NCBI GenBank assembly: GCA_951406725.2
Contig: OX597820.1
Location: 3,968,001-4,032,000, forward strand
DNA from: Octopus vulgaris
Taxonomy: Eukaryota
Length of the DNA: 64,000 nucleotides
Reading direction: 5' to 3'
Positions 25,379 through 38,568 of this stretch are shown in pieces. Numbering within the stretch: position 1 is the stretch's first letter; each line of letters begins with the position of its first letter. The notes beneath the pieces are model-generated. The model was not told the DNA's origin, did not search any database, and worked only from the letters and a program-made list of their open reading frames with translations. Made by a program: the position numbers and the translations under genes.

Positions 25379-27774
25379 CACCTGGCATCAAGCCCCATCC
25401 TTCGAGACTACTCCCAACTCGGCTGAATAGGGCCTTGTCTCGTGAGTTACTCAATGACGTCAATGGTGCCAGTTCCACGTAAAAAGCACTCAGTACACTC
25501 TGAAGTGGTTGGTGTTAGGAAGGGCATTCAGCGCAAGAAACCATCAAAGTAGACATTGGAGTTTGGTGCAATCCTCTGACCTGTCAGATCCTGTTGAACC
25601 ATCTAACCTATGCCAACAGGGAAAACGAATGTCAAATGATGATGATGACGATATCCTTAGTTGCTCGGTCCTTTCCAGGTCAATGCTCTCGCTCTCTCTC
25701 TTCTGTCGGCAGCACTATAGTCATTTGTTTTGATCGGCTGCTCTTTCCCTACCACTTATGGTGAGAACCAACCCTGTGTCTTCCCATGTCAGAAGTCGTG
25801 TTTACTGCATCAGCTGGATTTGGCAGAAGGACATAGAAAAAGTTATCGGCTGTAATATAAATTATGAAATTATTTTAAGCAATAAACAGAGCTTTGGATG
25901 GAAATATTTTAGAAAGTAAATGTAGTCTTTCATAGGAACTTTACTGAAACAATGGAGACTTCAACTAGTTGCTCAACCCGCCAGAAATAGTAACTAAATC
26001 GCCTCCAAACTTATACTTTTACCAGTCCTGTTTGTTGAACAGAACATAGTTTGCTGGTCAACACCAGTCGCAGCAGTTCCACTGTCCAGGGAAGTGCACT
26101 TCGTTTTATGAACTTCAGTTCACCTAGGAGTAAAGAGTAGATGCAAGGACACCTGGAAATGTTAGCCGCTATTTGCTCAGGTGGACAACTCCACTTTGTT
26201 GCAGCTGAGCATGCTACAAACGGTTGCTAACACCAACCCTAACCCGTCCCCTGTATCACATATCATACACAAAACATACTTTCCTGCTTGCCATGTGGCG
26301 TACATTGATACGCGCTCCCATTCTTTTGCAACACCCAGAGTAACTTGGGACTTACGGAAGGAAAGCTTTATATTACTCAAAACACACGAAACAAGGGCTA
26401 AATAAGGGTCTGAAAATAAGCATGCACGGTTGGGATAAAATTACGAAAATGCTTTGGACAGGAAAAGATTTTAAAACCACAGCGTAACAGACTTTTTTTA
26501 AAAAAGGACAAATCGGACGTGCGAGAAACAACTGCAAAATCTGTTCAAATAAGACTCACCTATCGTCTTGAACAAGGGAAGGACACCTGAAATAATGGGA
26601 TACGAGTAGAGTTTCGCTTTTGGAACCCTTAACACTCGCACCTTGTCTCCTATACTGCACAAACATAAACATTAAGGGAACCTAGAACGGATATTGAACA
26701 CTTTCGTTTGCTATAATGTATCGTTTGTTTTTGAAGTCTTGGAACCATTTAGCTCCATAAAGGTTAACAAGTTGGAACCATGAGCTTCATTAAAGTTTAG
26801 CAAAATATTATTTAACGGAATCCTGCCAACCACATCGAAGGGATTCTTCAAGAAATATTAATTACTTTTAAATGTGACAAAGTCAGGGGAAGTGTGGCGT
26901 GAATAACTGCTTCAGGGGTTTCTGTGACTGACAGGAGAAGGTTTGTACCCAGGTAGGAGACTTGATATCGTTGCTTGCCACCGAGTGTCGGATACAGGTA
27001 AGCCAAAGGTAAGCCGAGGCCCAGGTGAGGCGTGGGAAATAAACCGGGTTGGGGGACGGAGTCGGTCGATAAAATATACCTTGATATAGAATTAAGGATA
27101 TTGTATGAATGTTAATTTCATTATAGGAGACTGGAAAATAAATAAAAGTCGAATAAAATGAAGAAATGTTTGAAATGAGCGGAAGAAACGGTGATAAATA
27201 TCGACTCACTGGTTTTCTTGGTGAATGTTTATTTGAGCCATTAGCGAACCAGGCAGACGGGTGCGATAGAAAATTAGGATTGGGAACGGGAAATGGACGC
27301 ACGGCTAACGAAACTATTCTTCTAATTGTCTTTCAGAACAAAGTTAAATCTAACTCACATCTTGGACTGATAATTATATTTAATGTGTTACGAATGCGCG
27401 AATGTGGTGTTCACTCACACAATCTATTTTAAATGGCTACACTTTTTATTTCTCAAGTGTTCGTTTCGGTAATCCAGAACATTTTTTGTCCTTTTTTAGT
27501 CTTCTGGAACTGAACCGCAACGCTGGCTGTCATAAGTATTATTCTGTCCCGGGACAACTTTGCATCCCCCCCCCACTCTCTCTCTCTCTCTCTCTCTCTC
27601 GCTTTCTCTCTCTTTCTTTCTTTCTTTCTCTCTCTCTCTCTTTCTCTCTCTCTCTTTCCCTCTCTCTCTCTCCCCCTCTCTCTCATTTACTGTTTAGTTG
27701 CATAAAGTGCAGCCGGACAGTCAAGACGTGTTTATGTAATTTATATTTTTAATTTTTTAAAAAAATATTTATCA

Positions 27775-28205
27775 CAGGCATGGCTGTGAAATTAAGAAGC
27801 TCGCTTTCCAACCACATGGTTTCAGGTTCAGTCCCACTGCACGGCATCTTGCACCGACTACGATCATGTGAGTGAATTTGGTAGACAGAATCTGTGTGGA
27901 AGCCCGTCTTGTATGTATGCACATATGCTCCCTCCTCCTCCTCCTTCCTGCATTAGAGACCGATAGAATAAATACCAAACGTGAATAAGAAGAGAAAGGA
28001 CTTGGGTGTAATTCTTGTCCAGCTACACATAAGAATAACCACAAACACGTTCACCGTGTAGAGGATGGAAGCGGAATAAACGAGTCTCTTGTCTGTGGTT
28101 ATTTTTGTAGCTTAGCAAGAGCCACGGGGGTCGAGTTGTTCGCTAAACTCTTCTAGGTGGTGCTCCAGCATGGCAGCAGTCCAATAACAGAAAGAAGTTA
28201 AAGAT
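27775..28205 (+). mobile_element. Diverged tRNA SINE (family A)
   Basis: A/B boxes and 3' GCTCCAGCATGG motif. Confidence 0.7.
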
Positions 28206-29200
28206 AACGGACAAAGATCCGTAAACTGTACAAACCAGGAGCTCTCAACCGATGAACCTATTAGCTTTGGCTGTTAAAAGTTATGTCCAAGGAATCGGCT
28301 ATACTTCTGCGATACAGCAAATTGTAATGTAAGAAGGAATTTCGATCTTTACCTTTTGACCGACAGATTTTAAAAATAATTTTTTGTAACTAAACATTTT
28401 CAAACTTCGGACACTGATAGAATGTGTCATATAAAACGTCTTTTACTCTTAGCATTTCTGAGAAAAACTTCTATTTAGGAAGTTATTTCACGTTAAGGTT
28501 GTCGTATTTCGGTAATTTCAACCAATCAATGACGTGTATTCAGCTGAATAAAACCACTGCTGTTGTTTATCAACAACAACTATCGGCAATGTATTAGTTG
28601 GACAATAGAAGGCAAACGCAGCATTAAGGTTCAGAGACTCACCTCTTCCTCTTTTGGCATCTTGACGTCGAGAACAAAGACCTGATCTAGTTGGCTCTCA
28701 CACACTACACGCCAGCTAGCAGACAGGAGGCAACGCACAGGAGAAGATCCTGGCCTCCACGCATCAAACCATTTTCATTTATCATTCAGCTTGTATATAT
28801 ATGTGTGGCTACATTAAAGGCATTTAAAGTTACCGCCTTGTTCCATGAATTTTTTTATACCGTGTTCCTGTCAAATGATATTACAGCCTTCTGAGTTGAG
28901 TCACATTAGATGGCTCCACAACCATGATACAGACATACCATCTAAACTCCATAAGCAGCATAAGGCTAGTTTCCCGGGGTGGTGCGGGGAGTCTATATGT
29001 CTATCCTTGGACACGACACCAGTCAGTCGCAGGATTATTCATTTTTGCCGGCTGAGTGGACTGGAGCAACGTGAGATTAAGTGTTTTGCTGAAGAACACA
29101 ACGCATGGTACGGTCCAGGAATCGAAACCCCAATCTTACGATCATAAGTCCATCACCCCAACCACTAAGCCATGCGCCTCCACTGGGGGAGATATAATCG

Positions 29201-30164
29201 TGTAACGACCGTGCGATGCGAGGTGACGAGAATGCGTCTTTAGTACATCACATGGTCGATACAATAAATGTAAAAAGAAATATAAATGTGTGCCAGAGAG
29301 AAAAAGAGGAGAGACACAACCGAGTGGAATGTTTAAGAGATGATTTATTGATATGTTAACATGTGTGTCTGTGTGTGCGTCATGGATACAGAATAATAGA
29401 GAGGCCGTCATGAGAACAAAGTTGTATGTGTGTGTATAGTAGACAAGGATGTATGCGTGTGCGTTAAATATATATAGGAAGAGCAATGAATGCGACGGTG
29501 AAAGAGTTAGACGAATGTTCATAGACACAAGAAGGAGAAATACCAGTTCGTAGTCAATTGTACACGATAGTTGAAATGCTGTATCAAGAAGTTGCGGTCA
29601 CGATGCGGAGCCGGTTACGGTAGGTGTCGTACGAAGTTGTGGCTGTAATGCTGCTGCCGGGTCACTTGGTACAGGAGTTCTCGCAGGTTATATATCGTTG
29701 TTGATCTATGGTGAAGTAATTCACGAACAGTGCAATGTTGAAACCTGGGTGAGTTGCTTATTGAGCTGTGTACGTAGAGATGATGTTGACGTTAAGAAGA
29801 TGATGGTAGAGACGATGACGGAGGTTGCAGTAATGCTGTTGGACGGGTGTTGTCGCTGGAACTGACCGTGTCTTGTGTCTGGAACTAAAGATCTCGAGAC
29901 GAGGTGAAGCTGGGTTTTTATAAGGAGCTGTAAGTTCAAACTGGGTTGAGAACCGGCTGTTTCACGTGATCTTATTTAGGGACTTCGATTGGTTATGCGT
30001 TGCATATTGGCGTGACAGAGTAAGAGACAAACTGCGCCAAAACCAACCAATCAAAGTAATGGACACAACGGGGTCCAAATAGCGGCCAAAGGTTAGCTGT
30101 TACCTGCTACGTTTGAAAGCACGTATATATAATTAAGGGGAATTTCACTCGAGTGTTCGCTACA
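29201..30164 (-). mobile_element. Probable solo LTR inserted in a SINE
   Basis: TGTAACGA...TCGCTACA inverted ends, flanks ATCG/ATCA (4-bp TSD with 1 mismatch), minus-strand TATAAAA near 29920 with CCAAT boxes upstream. Confidence 0.6.
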
Positions 30165-30847
30165 ATCAATTACCCCACCCCCACCCCCGAAAAATATCAG
30201 GCGTTGTGCCTATAGAAGTAAGGATTGTTGCTGTCACTTTTAACTTCGCTGACATTTCTGTAAAGTTTTCTTTTAACACAGACATTTTTCACGCGCTGCT
30301 TTAACGGAGAAACCGCTAACCAACGAGGGCGCTTCTGCTTAGTCTTTCAATGAGTTTGAAATAGAAATAAAATCTCCCTTAAATCACATCTCATCGTCTT
30401 AGAAAAGATCGTATTGGATACTATGGTTCTGGATACTTTCTGGAGGGTAGAATGCCTTTAAACATAGGCCACTTCGATCTTGACTGACTTGGGGCAGAAG
30501 ATCAAAGCTACATTAAAACAACCTACCCAACAACAAGGCATTCCGTTATGGAAGGTTAACAGCCCTTTTAAAATATTCTAGTCTTATTCAAGAGCAACCA
30601 AACTACAATTTACCTCCCGCTATCAATACAACACAACGTTCTCACAACTAATGAGCAACACACGACTTAAAACAACAGACACTCTAAAAAAAAATGTTTG
30701 ATCTTACAAACCTTTAAAGACCTTTCTTCAAGTCTACTCACCGCCCATCCAAGTAACCATCATAAGATAGCGTCATAAAGATCGGAAATCTTTTTTCAGA
30801 GCCAGAAAAAATATTTCAGATCCGAACTGCAATCTGTATTAGGCAAG

Positions 30848-30850
<3 letters not shown>

Positions 30851-30931
<81 letters not shown>
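30851..30931. repeat. (TA)n microsatellite
   Basis: About 40 perfect TA units; similar tracts at 32480-32542 and 32780-32883. Confidence 0.95.
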
Positions 30932-30939
<8 letters not shown>

Positions 30940-31005
30940 TAATATATAAATATATGCATATATACATACATATATGTACATACCTACATATATATGTAGT
31001 TAAAG

Positions 31006-31210
31006 TTATTCCAAACATGAAAACACAAAGAGAAAACACAACAACGCGAGGACGTGGAACAAGTATAGTGTTATTGGACGCTCAGGAAAGGAAAGAAAGA
31101 AGGAGGATTTAACGTTTCGAGCAGAGCTCTTTGTCAGAAACATAGGAAAAGGAAAGATCCAAGGAAGGGAAGAGGGATGAAAAAAATCGCCAACGGGACA
31201 CACGCGGTCA
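31006..31210 (-). mobile_element. Penelope-like terminal-repeat fragment with a minimal hammerhead-like motif
   Basis: Minus strand GTTT-CTGACAA-A-GAGC-TCT-GCTC-GAAA-CGTT-AAAT at 31141..31107. Confidence 0.5.
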
Positions 31211-31926
31211 CATTTTGAATATATGCATGTATATATACATGCATATATGGGTACAGGAAATAATAAAAAAACGTTGAACACAATGAGAAATGAAAACATA
31301 AAAACAAAAACATAGAAACGAACTTTTTTGGGAACAACGAAAAAAACAAAGAAACGAGACATGCAACATAAAGGAATTCCCTTCATCAGTTGTCCCTGTT
31401 TCATCTACTCCTTTTACGAACGCAAGGACAATACGCGACTTCATTGAAACAATCCTTCCCGCAAAGCAAATTAAATAAAATTTGGGATTTTTTGCGGAGG
31501 GTGAAAGGGGTAACAAAAACAAGACAGTGAGAACAAAACCATAAAAACAAACGGTGAGGGTTGTTAAGCCAAGACGATAGAAAAATTATTATGAACGCTT
31601 AAGGAGACGAGCTTATGAGAGGAGACAGTATAAGCACGTTTTGTCTTTACGAAGGTTGTGGGCAGAAAGATACATTCTCTTTCGTCACGTGTCAGCGACG
31701 AGAGAGTCGAGGAGGAGGAGTGAGAGAGAGGGAACGGTGAAGAGGAGAGGAGAAGATTAGGGAAGGGTGGGAGAGAACACCAGAAAGGATGAAGAACAAG
31801 ACAGGGAGAGAGAGAGACAGAGAAGAAATAGTAAAGATAGAATAAGAGTGCGCATCGTAATGATTAAGATAAAACTTACTTGGAAAAGGATGCGTAACGT
31901 TCGATCATATATTAATATAAATAATA

Positions 31927-32326
31927 TCTTTATATATAAAAGTGAGGTTGTGTGCTGTCTGTCTCCTGCGATTTAGATTCCTAACTACTCCCACATTTTG
32001 CGGTGCAGTTTAACCAAAACCGGGTATCTTATAGTCATGATTCATATCGAGCCCTTCTGGGTATTAGCGCGCGTCTACGATGAGTCTGCGATTTAAAAAA
32101 AAATTACCATCAATTTTTTCCCATTTTTAATGCATTTTTCGCTATTATATAAGGGAAGTAACTCTCTAAAAATGTCTACGATGAGTTAACGATTTAAAAA
32201 AAATTTACCATAATTTTTTTTCCATTTTTAATGCATTTTTTTGCTATTTTTTGGCTATAACTCTCTAAAAATGGTTATATAGTTATTTCCCTTACAAACC
32301 CGAGCAACGCCGGGCGATACTGCTAG
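31927..32326 (+). mobile_element. Non-autonomous Helitron
   Basis: A|TC 5' end, 3' hairpin CCCGAGCAACGCCGGG, CTAG|T end, no TSD. Confidence 0.8.
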
Positions 32327-32476
32327 TATATATATACATGCATATATGGGTACAGGACATAAAAATAAACGTTGAACACAATGAGAAACGAAAACATAAA
32401 AACAAAAACATAGAAAACGAACTTTTGGGGGGAACAACGAAAAAAACAGAGAAACGAGACATGCAACATAAAGAAT

Positions 32477-32552
<76 letters not shown>

Positions 32553-32777
32553 TTTTATTATTCATTTACTTGTTTCAGTCATTTGACTGCGGCCATGCTG
32601 GAGCACCGCCTTTAGTCGAGCAAACCAATCCCAGGATTTTGTCAGCATAGTACTTATTCTATCGGTCACTATTATCGAACCTCTAAGTTACGGGGACGTA
32701 AACACGCCAGCATCGGTTCTCAAGCGATGTTGGGGGGGGGGGGGACAAACAAACACACACACACACACACATATATG

Positions 32778-32886
<109 letters not shown>

Positions 32887-33779
32887 GCTACCCTGAAGTG
32901 CCACTCATACATAGTGTACTCTGTTCGTATACACATTCTGGATACATATTCAGAATTCGAACGAAGCCCTTTGTACGATCAAGTAATTCTCTCTCAGCAA
33001 CATTCTCTACAAATAATTCGTTAATGTCCTTAATTTGGCAGGGGAGTCTGGGTATATATTCCAGCTGTGCTTAGGCGAGCATTACATACTACCCGAATTC
33101 GTTTGTTGTACCCGCTTCTTTTCATCTGTCACCACCAACTGTGTTTTATCTTGCAACTCCTCGTCTCTCTCTCTCTCTCTCTCCTCCACCCGTTCTCCAC
33201 CCTACTGCATCTCTCTAAAACTCCCAACCCCTCCCCTAATTACCATTAATCTACCTGCAAGAACGCAGACTTCGCTCAGTTATGTAAATTCCTCAGTTTA
33301 TGAAGTTCTGAAGAAGTTATGAATTCTGTTTCTTTTCCTGATTGAAAGATAAGAACAAGTGAATGACTAAATGTTTTGCTAAGCCGAAGGAATGAATTAA
33401 TAAGGTCGAAATAATGTTCATGGAGATTACTCTTAGGCGCCATCTGCAAGAAAAAAGATGAGTTAGTGTTAACGTTTGATGCTGGAAGCATTAAAAAGCT
33501 GAAAAGAACAAAGTATGCAACGACAAAAATGTCGCTCCCTCTCTGGGGGGGGGGGCCCTTTTCTGAGAGAAATTTGGTATTATTAGCGTTATTGGCCTTG
33601 ACATCAGCAAAAATTTCGACCGTCTCCGTCACCCGGATTACTTAGCAAAACAGCCCGTATATGGGCTCGAACCCATATCTCAGCTTTTTGATCTGTAGCT
33701 TTCTGTCAATACAATCGTGGCTTGTGGTGACGGGCCTCCTTCTTATCCACGCTGTCAACTGTCGGTTTTAGGCGGACTT

Positions 33780-34422
33780 TTAGAATTTTTCAGTTTCTTT
33801 CGGGATTTTCTCCCACTTTTTTTTAATACTCCTGCACTTCAAAACACTGGGTAGAAGGGGGGAAGCCCTAACCCTCCTTTTTTTTTTAATCCCTATCTTT
33901 CAAACGTCTCACTACCGAATCCCTTTCACAATGGTTGCTACAATAAAAATGATTTTTTCTTTTTTCTTTATTTTCCGTCATTTTATTGTATTCCACATTC
34001 TAAAACACTTTTAATTCGCATTGAAAAAAATTCTTCCTCCTCCTTTCTTTTTCTTTTTCAAGACCTCCCCCGCCACTTTCGCTATTCAGTAAAAAAAAAC
34101 TAAAAAAAAACTAGAAAAACAAAACGAAAAGCTCTTTTAAATTGCGAACGGTAGGTTAAAGTGGGGTGGGGGTAATATTTTTTAAAATGCGAATTGCAAC
34201 AGTTTCAGAATGTGGGATACAATGAAATGGGGGGAAATAATTAAAAAAAAGTGTGACTGCTGTTCCGAAGAGACAAAGAGGAGTGAGGTGGACGAAACGT
34301 TTGAAAAACAAAGATTAAAAAAAAACGTTCTCTTGAACCCCTTCCCACAGAATTTTTGAAATAGGAGTACTATAAAATGTGGGTGTGAGAGGGGGGGATA
34401 CTAGAAGAAACAGAAATTTCAA
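33780..34422. repeat. ~640-bp degenerate palindrome (foldback-like element)
   Basis: e.g. ATTGTATTCCACATTCTAAAAC...TTCGCA (33985-34020) is the reverse complement of TGCGAATT...GAATGTGGGATACAAT (34188-34223); further arm matches out to both ends. Confidence 0.65.
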
Positions 34423-35060
34423 TTTATGTATGACAGCTGTTTCGAAGTTTGTTTCAACATAAAAAAAACCCCAGAAAACAAACCATAGTCATTGCACCTT
34501 TCAACAAGACATTATCGTACCTCTCTGCTCTCATTAAACATGAGCTGCCCTCAAACAGAAACCAATCGCTGGATCTCACTATCAACGAGGAATTTTCCCT
34601 GGTGAATGCATATCCGAAGTACAGCAAAGAATGCATTTCAAAGATTGGTTTTCCTCTTCAGTCAGAATAGTACTTCAGCCGTCCAACAACCAGCAACAGT
34701 TGCATATGGAAGAAAACGACGGAAACTGAGGTTTTTACGAACAAAGTCTATTCTTCTTGAAAGAGTTTGGATGTTATTGTTCTTGGTGTAATTAAACCAG
34801 TATTCTAAAGTTTACTGCTAGTCGTCTGGTAGTTCGTTATGATATTAGCTTGGCTCAGCTGTTGCCCGGGTCTGTTCGCCATCCATTTTGCTTTGTCCTC
34901 TCATGCTCTCTCTCTGTCTGTCTGTCCGTCTCCTCTCTCTCTCACTCTGTCTGTCCGTCCGTCTCCCCCCTCTCTCTCTCTGGTACATCCCAAAGCTCTC
35001 TGGGTGGTGGTTGCGTGTGAGTGTGTGTGATTTTATATCTATTGATGGACTTAGAAAGGA

Positions 35061-35715
35061 TATTTCTTTATTAACCTATAAAGGTTTTACATAGAGGGGA
35101 CATTCCGAGGACAGACAAGGAACATTCAGGGTACAAACTCGCTTCTTACATACAATGTGAAAAACCGGATGGATTTACATATATTGTGAATGCGGGTTAA
35201 AAATATACATATGAACGATGATCGGATGAGTTTTGGGTCCGGGTTAGTGAGTTAACCCGCCGGTTGGTTATCCCTTTTGGTAGTCTTTTTCCTTCGTTTT
35301 AATGCCCCGACCGACCGTGCAAGCACAGCCTCCTGCATTCTCATCTTTCTAACCACTGTCGTCCATCTTTTTCCAAACACTCTTTGCGGCAGGCTCCTCC
35401 TCTCCAGACGGATCTTGCTGGACAGATGGGTGGCGAAGTAATTCACCAGCCCACGTCCGGAGATGAATTGGCTTGTCGCCATCCCTTTCGCTCGCGTCTT
35501 CCATACCACATCTTTCAGTATGGTTACTACGCAGAGAAAAGCTACCTTCTTTTCTTTGGCGAAAGAGGAAGCTGGTACAATCTTTATCATGGACTCGGAC
35601 GAGAGCCGTACTCTTTCCGCATCCGACAACAGCTGTTCGGCAAAGCCATCAACTCCCTCAACTCATGGACTCAGAAGTTATGCTCGTTGGAGCCTATTCC
35701 ACATGAAGTCGTGAT
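35061..35715 (-). mobile_element. 5'-truncated L1/Tx1-like LINE (ORF2 C-terminus plus 3' UTR)
   Basis: EQLLSDAERVRLSSES...VVWKTRAK...KIRLERRSL...FGKRW resembles the post-zinc-knuckle tail of Tx1/L1 ORF2 (recalled similarity); ends AATAAAGAAATA. Confidence 0.6.
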
Positions 35716-38344
35716 TGGCCAGATTTTGTTGATCACGTGGGTAATATTCTTTCCAAATGAAGTCGCGATTGGCTAGATTCGCTGATCATGTGAGTAACAT
35801 TCCAGCGAATCGCGACACCAGGTGATTGCTGAATATTCTGCTACACACCTTATTGTTCCGCCATAATGTCTCAAGAGACACTTGCTGCCCTCTAAGAGCT
35901 CACAATGTTCAAAGAGGGCTGCCCAGGTTAACCCTGTGGTACCCATATGATACTCAGGGCATATTTCCCTAGTATACATGATACACATTTCCAAACGTTT
36001 TCAACCCCCATAACTTGGAACCTATGAAAGGAAAGCTTTATATCATTCAGAACCTAAGGAACATGGCTTGTTAAAAGTCTGAAAACAAACATAAACGTTT
36101 AGGACAAACGAAAATGACTTGGATGAGGAAAGGGTTAAGAATCATTTTAAGAACCATTGACTTAAAGGCGTCTTTGAACCACTCATCGCTCCTTTTCTCA
36201 TTATGCCTCCCTCCCAGATTTCACTCTGACCATTACATCCAGAAATTTCCTTCCCAGAATACAGCTCCTCTGGAATCCCCACCCTATAAATGCCATCGAA
36301 TTGCAACAGTTTGAGGGAACGCTGGCATCATCATTCTCACAAGTCTCGTAGGGCCCGAGAGGGACACTACTCCTTCCTTCAGGCCAAACTAAAATAAAAA
36401 AGAAAGTAAAGGTCTGCTTTTTAATGGTTTTCGATGAAAAGGGGAGACAACTCTGTGTAGTTTAGGCCGTATTATGACCTCATTAGCAAAGCATATAAAC
36501 TTCACTGTATTCGCCGAAGTAGAGACTACAGTGTCAGTAAATGTCTAAGGTCGAATGTAAAAAAAAATAATGTAGCATTTATATGCACCAGCTTAACTAA
36601 TAATGGTGAATAATTAACTTCCATAATTTTGTTTTTGTTTGTTTATATAAATGAGAAAGTTTAACAAGAGTTTGAAAGACATGTGTTGAAGATAAAGTTC
36701 TCAATATGGTAAATACTGGAATTTATCAACCGAAATCTTGATGAAGCATCACTAAGCATAAACAGAAAACAATGAGTTCACTGATTCTAGTTTCCCTCGC
36801 CAACATGAATTCTCCACTGTGTTCGACTTATCTCTTCCCCACTCCCTCCATTATCCGCAAATGTAGCTTTTATGATATATTTTAAACAAGGCATTTCTTT
36901 CACGAACGATATTCTCACTGACTTTATGATAATGTTGGGCACAACCTACTTTTGGAACCCGTGGCATGAGACTAATTAAGAAAGAAAGAACAGCTTAAAT
37001 TAGTTATCTTTCTATGGCCTCTGTGTGTAGATTCGCTTCCCATCTGTTTCCTCGCCTTTTCTATATAAATATATTTTCCCCCCTCTTATAATTCTTTCAT
37101 CTGGGTACTTTGTTAAGTAATATATTCTTGCATTTTCATTGAACTTAAGAAATATTATTGTGTGGGCTTGGATATTAATTTTTTTTTTGTTTTGATCATC
37201 AAGGTTAACAGGCCATACTGGAGCAATTTTCTTCCCATTAAAGCAAAACTATATTTCTTTTTGTTATAAATAACGTCTTCATATCTTTTCATTTTTTTCC
37301 CCTCAGATGTTGTTTTAACTCATAAATTCAACCAGGATTATCAAATTTATCTTGACAATGAGTTTGTTTACTCTTTGGCATTACCGTTTTTTTCTTTTTC
37401 CTTTTTTGTCCGAAAAGTGTGAAATCTTTATATAAAAATAGCCTACAATACACTCGTGGGAGTTGGTAAACAAGAGCATGTGTGGATTTTGTGCGCACGC
37501 GTATCTAATTAAAGTTCCACAGAATTATTCTTCTGGCCTATTTACTTAGCACCAAGTGACAGAGCCTGACACATTCAATGAACTCTCTTCATATGTCCGC
37601 TAAAAGGTTAGTATTTCACTTTTTCACTGTACAATTACTTTCAATGGTTTTTTTTCGACGTATTTCCATGTATAGTCACCGTTTTACTCGATATAATTGG
37701 TAGATCCATGCGCTTTCCAGAACCTGTTTTCACACAAAATGTAAGGTGGGAAAAATACACGAAAATGGAAGATATTCTGTGACAAAAACGAAACAAATTA
37801 CGATAGAATTCTTTTCATATTCCTTTTATTGACTTGATCATAAAAAAGTGAGAAGAATTCTTATTAGATTTATATATTGAAAAGGAGTTTGACGAACTTT
37901 TTGTTTAGAAATTTAAAACTTTTCCTAATTCTAGTTTTGGGTCGGAAAAAAATAATATTCTTAGAAATATCCTTCCAGTTTTTCTTAGAATTATCAATAT
38001 ATTTACACACGTTTTTTTTTTTTTTTTTCTGTGTTCTTGTATTTTAATGGACAAAAACATTGAAATTGCTCAACAAGCAGTTGTAATAAAGTTTGTGGGT
38101 CATATATTACATAGGTATGCAACAAGTATCCATATACCTTAATAGGTTTTAATAATGGTTTAGATATGAATGGAAAATCTCAGAATATTCTTCTTCTGTC
38201 ATTGCTACATCAAGTGTCTGTCACAGACCCAGCAAACGCCCACTTAAATAGCAACGGATGTCATCCAGTCATGTCGCAATAGAAATGAACTGCTATTTCT
38301 ATCTCTCTCTCTCTCTCTCTCTCTTATATATATATATATATTAT

Positions 38345-38534
38345 TTCGGTCATTTGACTGCGGCCATGCTGGAGTACTACTTTGAAGGGTTTTAGTCAAA
38401 CAAATTGACCCCGGGATTTTTTTTAAAGCCTAGTATTTATTATATCGGTCTGTTTTGCCGAACCGCTAAGTTACGGAGACGTAAACACATCAACACCGGT
38501 TGTCAAGCGGTCTTGGGGTGTGGGACAAACACAA

Positions 38535-38568
<34 letters not shown>

